Source of the DNA: Octopus sinensis
Lineage: Eukaryota
DNA: 64,000 bases
Direction of reading: 5' to 3'
Assembly: GCF_006345805.1 (NCBI RefSeq)
Contig: NC_043017.1
Location: 25,110,001 to 25,174,000, forward strand
Shown: positions 53,701 to 61,716 of the stretch, piece after piece
How positions within the stretch are numbered: the stretch's first letter is position 1
How the letters are laid out: each line of letters begins with the position of its first letter
Program-made: the position numbers and the translations under genes
Notes under the pieces: generated by a model
Seen by the model: only the letters and a program-made list of their open reading frames with translations
What the model was told of the DNA's origin: nothing
Databases searched by the model: none

Positions 53701-54835
53701 TGTTAAGACCAAAAATTATTTACATCAAAACGGTGCTTTTTTTCTATGAAAATCCCTATTTTTTACGATTTTTTGACTGTTGTGTCACCATTTTTTGGTG
53801 TATTTCAACCAGAAAAATGTTCACTTAAAGAGAATAACAAGCTGTATAATGCAAAATTTTTACTTTTTAAAAATTCAAAATCTAAAGAGTCGGAAAGAAA
53901 ACATACCAGAGCAACACTGGGCTATACTGCTAGTAAATATATATGTAGATATGTACATACACAGACACATACTGGGTCAGTTTGGTATCAAAAGGTTTTA
54001 TATGTATGTGTGTATAACTGTTCTAGTAAGGATATTTTGGGAAATAATTCAAGTAAGTTACTTTATAAAGCAAATGCTTTATATGAAGATGCCCATGAAT
54101 CTCCATATTTGAACATTAGAAATAAGGAAGGTACTTACATATTTTTGTGTGATTCTGTTCTTATCATTAAGAAGATATACAGCATTGTCGACAGCAGAAA
54201 GTGCCACATAGGCACCAGGATCTCCCCTCACTTCCATCTCTACGTTTGTTAAAGGGTGATAGTATGCGGCTTTTGAAGTTGTCAAAAGTTTCAACTGCAA
54301 TGTGAGTTTTTGAACAGCAGATAAATGGAAAAATAACATAAACACATGTACAGACAGACATGCATGTATGAACGCATTAACAATTTCATATATATACATT
54401 CATTACACTCATCATGCTCATACATGTACATATATATAGATATGCACGTGCATTCATCCATATATATATATATATATATATATGTTATATAAAAATTTAG
54501 ATTCAGATGAATATGGTACTTAAGTTGAGGCACCAGAATTTAGTAGGGTATTATCTATACAATTTCAAAACCAGGTGATTAAAATCAAAATAAGCAACAA
54601 GGATATCCAGAGGTAATGCAGTACGACCGTTTCATGCGACTCCATTTAATTGAACAATGCATTCATTTCATTACATCAATTTAAAATGTAGAGCAATCTT
54701 CAGCTGTACAAAGACATAGAATTTAGTTAAATTAGGACACATTAGTATAATTTTGCCCCAAATCTCCAAGAGGATTAGGAAATAGACAAGAAACATGTTT
54801 TACCAACAGCATCATAGTTGTAACTCTTAGTTGAT

Positions 54836-54878
<43 letters not shown>

Positions 54879-56476
54879 ATGTGTGTGTGTAAATCATCAT
54901 CATCATCATCATTATCACTTAATGTCTGTTGCCCATGCTGGTATGGGTTGGATGGTTTAACTGGGCTGGCACACTGGAAGGCTGCGCCAAGATCCAGTCT
55001 GGTTTGGCATGGTTTTCTACAGTTGGATGCCCTTCCCAATGCTAACCACTCTGAGAGTGTAATGGGTGCTTTTATGTGCCACTGGAACAGGTGCCATTTG
55101 CATGACACCAGTATCTGCCACAACTGCAATTTTGCTTGGCTTGATGGGTCTTCTTCTAAAGCACCTAATTCAATAAAATTATGAAGGTTACCTTCATAAT
55201 TTTATTGAATTAGGTGCATATTTTGCCATAAAAGGAAAATGTTGCTATTGATCTATTTCATTCAAGGTAGGCACTGCCAAATAAATATACATTTTGGCCT
55301 TTTGCCTAACTCATGTTAGCATGGGAAAAATGGGTATAAAATGAATAGATGAGGAAATGAAATGACTGATTAGACTGAATAAAGGAACCACCTGATGTTA
55401 ATAAATGGGAAGTGTCTTGACTAACCTCTCGTCCTTTACAAGCATCTTGCACAGCAAATGCTCTGGAGTCAGCAACAATTTCAAGGTTTCTCATATAGTA
55501 GACGATAACCCTTCCGATAGGAATCATGTCTTTAGTGACAGAAAAGTAACTTGCCCAGTAAGATTTCCGATAAGGTATTGTGTAGTGTTTCAAGATTTTG
55601 CCATTCCCAATAAGCTGCCGGAGGAAAAAGAAAAAAAAAACAAATACATCAGTGACAAATTAAATATTCTTGAGTTTTAGCAAAGTAAGATTTCACTGCT
55701 GAAGAGAAAATAAGTTTAATTTCTTCATATCATTGGTTTTGATTTTAATAAATAAATGACATTGAATAAATAATAGCTTTAGTTAGTTATGTGGAGGCGC
55801 GTGGTTCAGTGGTTAGGGTGTCAGCACCATGATCGTAAGATTGTGGTTTCGATTCCTGGACCAGGCGATGCGTTGTGTTCTTGAGCAAAACACTTCAGTT
55901 CACGTGGCTCCAGTCCACTCAGCTGGCAAAAATGAGTAACGCTGCGATGGACTGGCATCCCGTCCAGCTGGGGAACACATACGCCATAGAAACCAGGAAA
56001 CCGGGCCCATGAGCCTGGCTAGGCTTTAAAAGGGCACATTTATTTATTATTATTTTAGTTAGTTATATGTCAATAATATAAAAAAAATTTTTTGGTTAAT
56101 GCACAAATAAGATTGGTAGACAAACTATTACCAAAACAGTGGAAGGCATTAACTACGACAGCAGAATATAAAAGGGATGTAACTAAATATCACAAGCCAT
56201 TATTTTCTCCACTACTCTACAAATTTTCTAAGGGAAATAGTATTGGTTTCAAATTTTGGCACAAGGCCAGCAATTTTGGGGAGGGGGTTAAGTTTATTAC
56301 ATCAACCGCAGTGTTCAACTGGTACTTATTTTATCGACCCCAAAAGGATGAAAGGCACATGGTTGTGATTCATGTGCCTAGTGTACCCTTATCAGACAGG
56401 TAGTCATGATGGGTATACTGGGCTTTGTATATTTTACCCCAGTGTCACTTTGATGGCATGCACTGCTCTCTCACTC

Positions 56477-56512
<36 letters not shown>

Positions 56513-59500
56513 CCTTTCTACTATAGGCACAAAGCCTGAAATTAGGTGGGAAGGGACTAGTTGATTACATCAACCCCAGTGTTTCACTGGCACTTAATTT
56601 ATCAACCCCAAAAGGATGAAAGGCAAAGTTGACCTTGGTGGAATTTGAATCCAGAATGTAAAGAGCGACAAAATGTCGCTAAGCATTTTGCCTGGCATGC
56701 TAATGATTCTGCCATCTTGCTGCCTTATATAAGAGAAATGGTATTGTTTGCTTCAATGCTCTTGTTTTATGGGGGCTGGAGTCATCCCAAGTTAGTGGTC
56801 CCAGAAACATCATCATGCATAGAGCCAACCGGGTCCACCAGTGCTCTCTATTGCTGGCAGTCCCATGTCAGCCCCTCTGCATCCTCCAAGGTGATGTTAA
56901 GTCTTTGGAGGTTTTTCTTTAATCATGCCCAACCATCTGGTGTGGTGCTTGCCATGAGGTCTCTTCCAGCTCACAGCTGCTCCATCAAATGAGAGTGATG
57001 TTAAGTAAAGAACAGTCAATATATATACTGAAAAGATTAACCCTTTAGCATTTCGACCAGCCATATCCAGCCAAAATATTCTTGTTTTATGCTTAAACTG
57101 GCCAGATGTGGCCTCTCACACCAACTCTACAATATCATTCTAAAAATTAAGTCACCTCATCTAAATCTCAAAGCTACAGGGTAACACATGATTAATTCAA
57201 AGCAATGGGAATAAATAAGCATTACATTGGACAGGATAATGTGAATGCTAAAGGATTTAAACAACTAAAGGATTATGTTGGACAGAATAATGTGAATGCT
57301 AAAGGATTAAAAGTAAGGAGGAAATAAAAAGGTAGGACTTCTTACCATGAAATGAAGTGGGGTCTTGAATGATTTTCTTGAGGTTACAACTTTCATCGTT
57401 ATATCATCACCAACCTTTAATGAACAAGAATGAAATTATGATACAAATGATAATAATAATCCTTTCTTCTATAGGCACAAGGGCTGAAATTTTGGAGAAG
57501 GGGGATAATTGATTATATTGACCCCAATGCAAAGCTGGTGCTTGTTTTGTTGACCCTCTCAAAAAGATAAAAGGCAGAGTTGACCTTAGAATTTGGAGCC
57601 AATGATCTTAGTAAATTCGCTGTCTTCCACACGTATAAGGTTGTTCTTTCAGGTGCTGGTGGCACTTAAAAAGCACCTGTGTCAGTGTTGTGTAACTGCA
57701 CTCGTGATGGTGACATGTGAAAAACACCCAGCACACTGTTAAGTGGTTGGTGTTAGGAAGGGCATCCAGCCATAGAAACCATGCCACAACAGACAGTTGG
57801 AGTCCGACCAGCTCCCTGCGTGCCAGCACTCTGTCAAGCCATCCAACCCATGCCACCATGGAGACATTAAACAATGATGATGGTGTTTACTGATTCACAC
57901 CCCATCATTTTAGCAAAGGCCACATTTGCAAAAGCTACATGTGGTCCTAGGTTCTTCACATATCCTCTTAACTGCAGATCTGCTAGTGTGTGTGTGTGTT
58001 TATATTGACATAATGACCCTCCCAAGATACAACAAAATTTGTTTCAACACACAAGTTCACATCAAGAATCTTGCTGATCAAATACAAACACAGTTGATTA
58101 TAATTTTTCATAAACAACAAGTTCTCTGGGCCCTCTGTGCTGTTGAACTGGAATATCTAAAGATAGAATTTTGACTGAAGAATATGACAGTTCTAGTCGT
58201 CAGCATCTATGTCACAGCCATGGACACCAGCTGTGGAGAAATCAAGGTAGACAAGGACTTCAGATACTTCAGAACCATGGTCTTGTCTCTTTGAAGGACC
58301 TCAAGTCCAGAAGGGCAAATTGCTTAGAAGGCATTACACAATAAAAGGAGAAACATGGAAGTTTGAGCTCAACGGGAAGATCAAATCTGACCTCTTTCAA
58401 GAAGTCGGGATGGTCATGGCTGAGATGCCATTGATCACAGGTCTGTATGATCAGCATTGACCTGGTGCTAAACAGCAATACCAGTTAGAATCTTCTGACT
58501 ATGATTACTCTATGGCACAAACTTCACGACTTCGCGTCAATCTTACCATCACCAAATCACACAACGATGTTTGTGTCAATGAATATAAAAAAAAAAAAGT
58601 GGTTGAGAAGCTTGCTTTACAACCACATAGATTTGGGTTCAATCTCACTGCACAGCACCTTGGGCAAGTGTCTTTATCTCTAGCTCCATGATGACTAATG
58701 TCTTGAGAGTGAATTTAGTAGATAGAAATTGTGTGGAAGCCTGTCATATGTGTATTTGTGTCTTGTATTTGTCCTGCACCCGACTTCTTGATAACCTGTG
58801 ATGGTTTGTTTACATTCCTGTAACTTAGCAGTTTGGGAAAAAGGAACTAACAATAAAAACTAGACGTGAAAAATAATTACTGGGAGTCAATTTGTTCGAC
58901 TAAAATCTTTTCAGAGCAGTGCCCCAGCATGGCCACAGTCCAAGGACTAAATCAAGTAAGAGATATAAAAACAAAAAAACAAAAAACAGAAACAATCATA
59001 ATCTCCCAGGCAAAGTTACAACATTGATGGCAGGCGTAGAGTCACAGGAATATCTAACACTTACCTTATAACCATTTTCTGGAACATTCAAAGATAGAAG
59101 CAAGTAGCTATCGCTCTCGGACTTGTAGCTAGCCACCTCCCACTCTTCTGTGGCTTGGTCTTCCATAGTGAGATGGTGGTTGGCACTGGTGACCTGAATG
59201 AGAACATTTTCAAAATATTGGTTTTAGACATTTATTTGGAACCTGACATTTTTGGTTCAAGCTTAAAGGAGATTTTGTGATCATCCATCAGCATTGTTAT
59301 TGGTTTTGCTTCCTAAGAAAGACTATGGATAGATACCCATCTCCTCAGAAAAATTGCTAATAAAAACATTTAAAAAATTTTTACTTCATTCCGATGTAAA
59401 ATCGTCCTTGCTGTCGCTATCGCTGCTTTCAGTTTCGGATACAGAAATATCCTATTCATTCTCATACACCACGAGCTTTTGCACCTCATTCATTCTTTTT

Positions 59501-59984
59501 CTCGATATTTCCATATTTTCCATTGAAAGAAACTTGAAATTTGGAATCACTGCTTGATAGCATGAAACTCCAATCCATTTCCAAAGTTGAAAAAAAATCG
59601 ATGCCGAAAAAAATGCTGCCTCTCTCTGTGACACTGGTGCCTGTCCTGGCACTATCAATCTAAATATTGCTGGCAGAGAGATGAATCACTGCTCTGTCTA
59701 GTAATCAAGTGTCCATCATTGACAAGACCAAATAAGGTTGAAATCACGTGATCCGGTGATCTCAGTGCTGGAGGCAGTAGGGATTTATCTCCCGGCTAGC
59801 AATAAGTTTCTTCCCTGTAACTTAGTGGTTTGGTGAAACAGACCAAAAAAAATAACTACCAAGTTTACAAACATAAATCAAGTACTAGAGTCAGTTCTTT
59901 TGACTAAATATTCTTCAATGTGGTGCCGCAGCGTGGCTGCAATCTTATGATTGAAACAAGTAAATGATAAAAGATATGTATATA

Positions 59985-60016
<32 letters not shown>

Positions 60017-60065
60017 CTCAGAGTAACAAGTTTTGTTGAATTTTTTGCTGCTTTTAAATAAAGTA

Positions 60066-60099
<34 letters not shown>

Positions 60100-60415
60100 C
60101 ATATATATATAACGGGAAGCTTTATGAAAATAAACAAAAGATGAAGGCAGGTGGAATACAAACAAACAATTGTATTAGTATGGCGCTCAGGAATATAAAT
60201 AAAACAAGTCTTTTATGTTTCGATCCTACGCTCTTCAACAGAAAGGTACACAGAAAAGAAACAAGGAGAGAAAAAAAATGCGTGCAGAAGCTAGCGAATC
60301 AACATGTTGATCTATATATATATATATATATATATATAATAATATAAAAATAACAGGAATCAAGAGGTGGAACGAAACGACGAATCGGAACGAACCAGGC
60401 TATATATATATGGCG

Positions 60416-60479
<64 letters not shown>

Positions 60480-60481
60480 GG

Positions 60482-60522
<41 letters not shown>

Positions 60523-61470
60523 GATATATATATTATATATATATATATGGCGATATATATATATATATATAATATATATATATAATATAATATAATATAT
60601 ACAGAGAGAGAGAGAGAGAGACTGACAGACAGACAAGGAGATAGACAGATAGATAGATAAGAAGAGAGCAAGAGAGTGGATGTGTGTGTGTGTGTTCATG
60701 TAAAATGATGACTAATGTTAGAAATTTATACTCACTATAATAGTAAATTCTCTCCAAAACTTGGTTGTGTTGATAACAACTTCCTTCAAACTGTTTCTTG
60801 ATTCATATTGCGTCTTGTAATATTCTATGTTCTTTGATCTCGTAAGTGCTTTGTATGCAATATAGAACGGTAGTCTTGGAATCTTGGAACCATTTATGTA
60901 AAGGGTCTCGACCTGAACATGACAACAATTGAGAACTGAATTTTAATTAATATTTTGGAATTTTATAGTAGTGATAGTAATAATAATAATAATCCTTTCT
61001 ACCAAAGGCACAAAGCCTGGACATTTGTGGGGAGGGGACTAGTTGATTACATCGATCCCAGTGTTTCACTGGTTCTTAATTTATCGACCCCAAAAGGATG
61101 AAAGGCAAAGCTAGTAATTGGGACATAAATTAACAGGGAAGCTTAATGGAAAATTTTTATCTTAAAATGGGAAATTTGTATCATAGAAGCAAAAGCAGTT
61201 TTGGATGGGTTGGTGCCAAAAAGAGTTAAACAAACCTTATTCAAGGACCTTTTGAGTGTGATGGGCTACTCAACCTCAAGAAAATTCTAACTGCACCCCA
61301 CCTGCAAGGTCATGCACTGTTTATCTTGATATGAGATCACCATGTCACACACATATGGTTGTGATCCATGTGCCTAGTGTACCCTTATCAGACGGGTAGT
61401 CATAATGGGTATATTGGGCTTTGTATACTTGGACCCCAGTGTCCCTTTGATGGCGTGCACTCTCTCACTC

Positions 61471-61505
<35 letters not shown>

Positions 61506-61681
61506 TCCTTTCTACTAAAAGCACAAGGCCTGGAATTTGGCGGGAGGGAACTAGTCAATTACATGAACCCCAGTGTTTCACTGGTATTTAATTTATTGAC
61601 CCCGAAAGGATAAAAGGCAAAGGTATCCTCAGCAGAATAATAATAATAATAATTATAATAATAATAATGATAATGATGATA

Positions 61682-61716
<35 letters not shown>

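Noticed and set aside
59380-59640. Possible acidic transposase N-terminus on minus
   Set aside because: Interrupted by stops, with no catalytic motif or TIR seen
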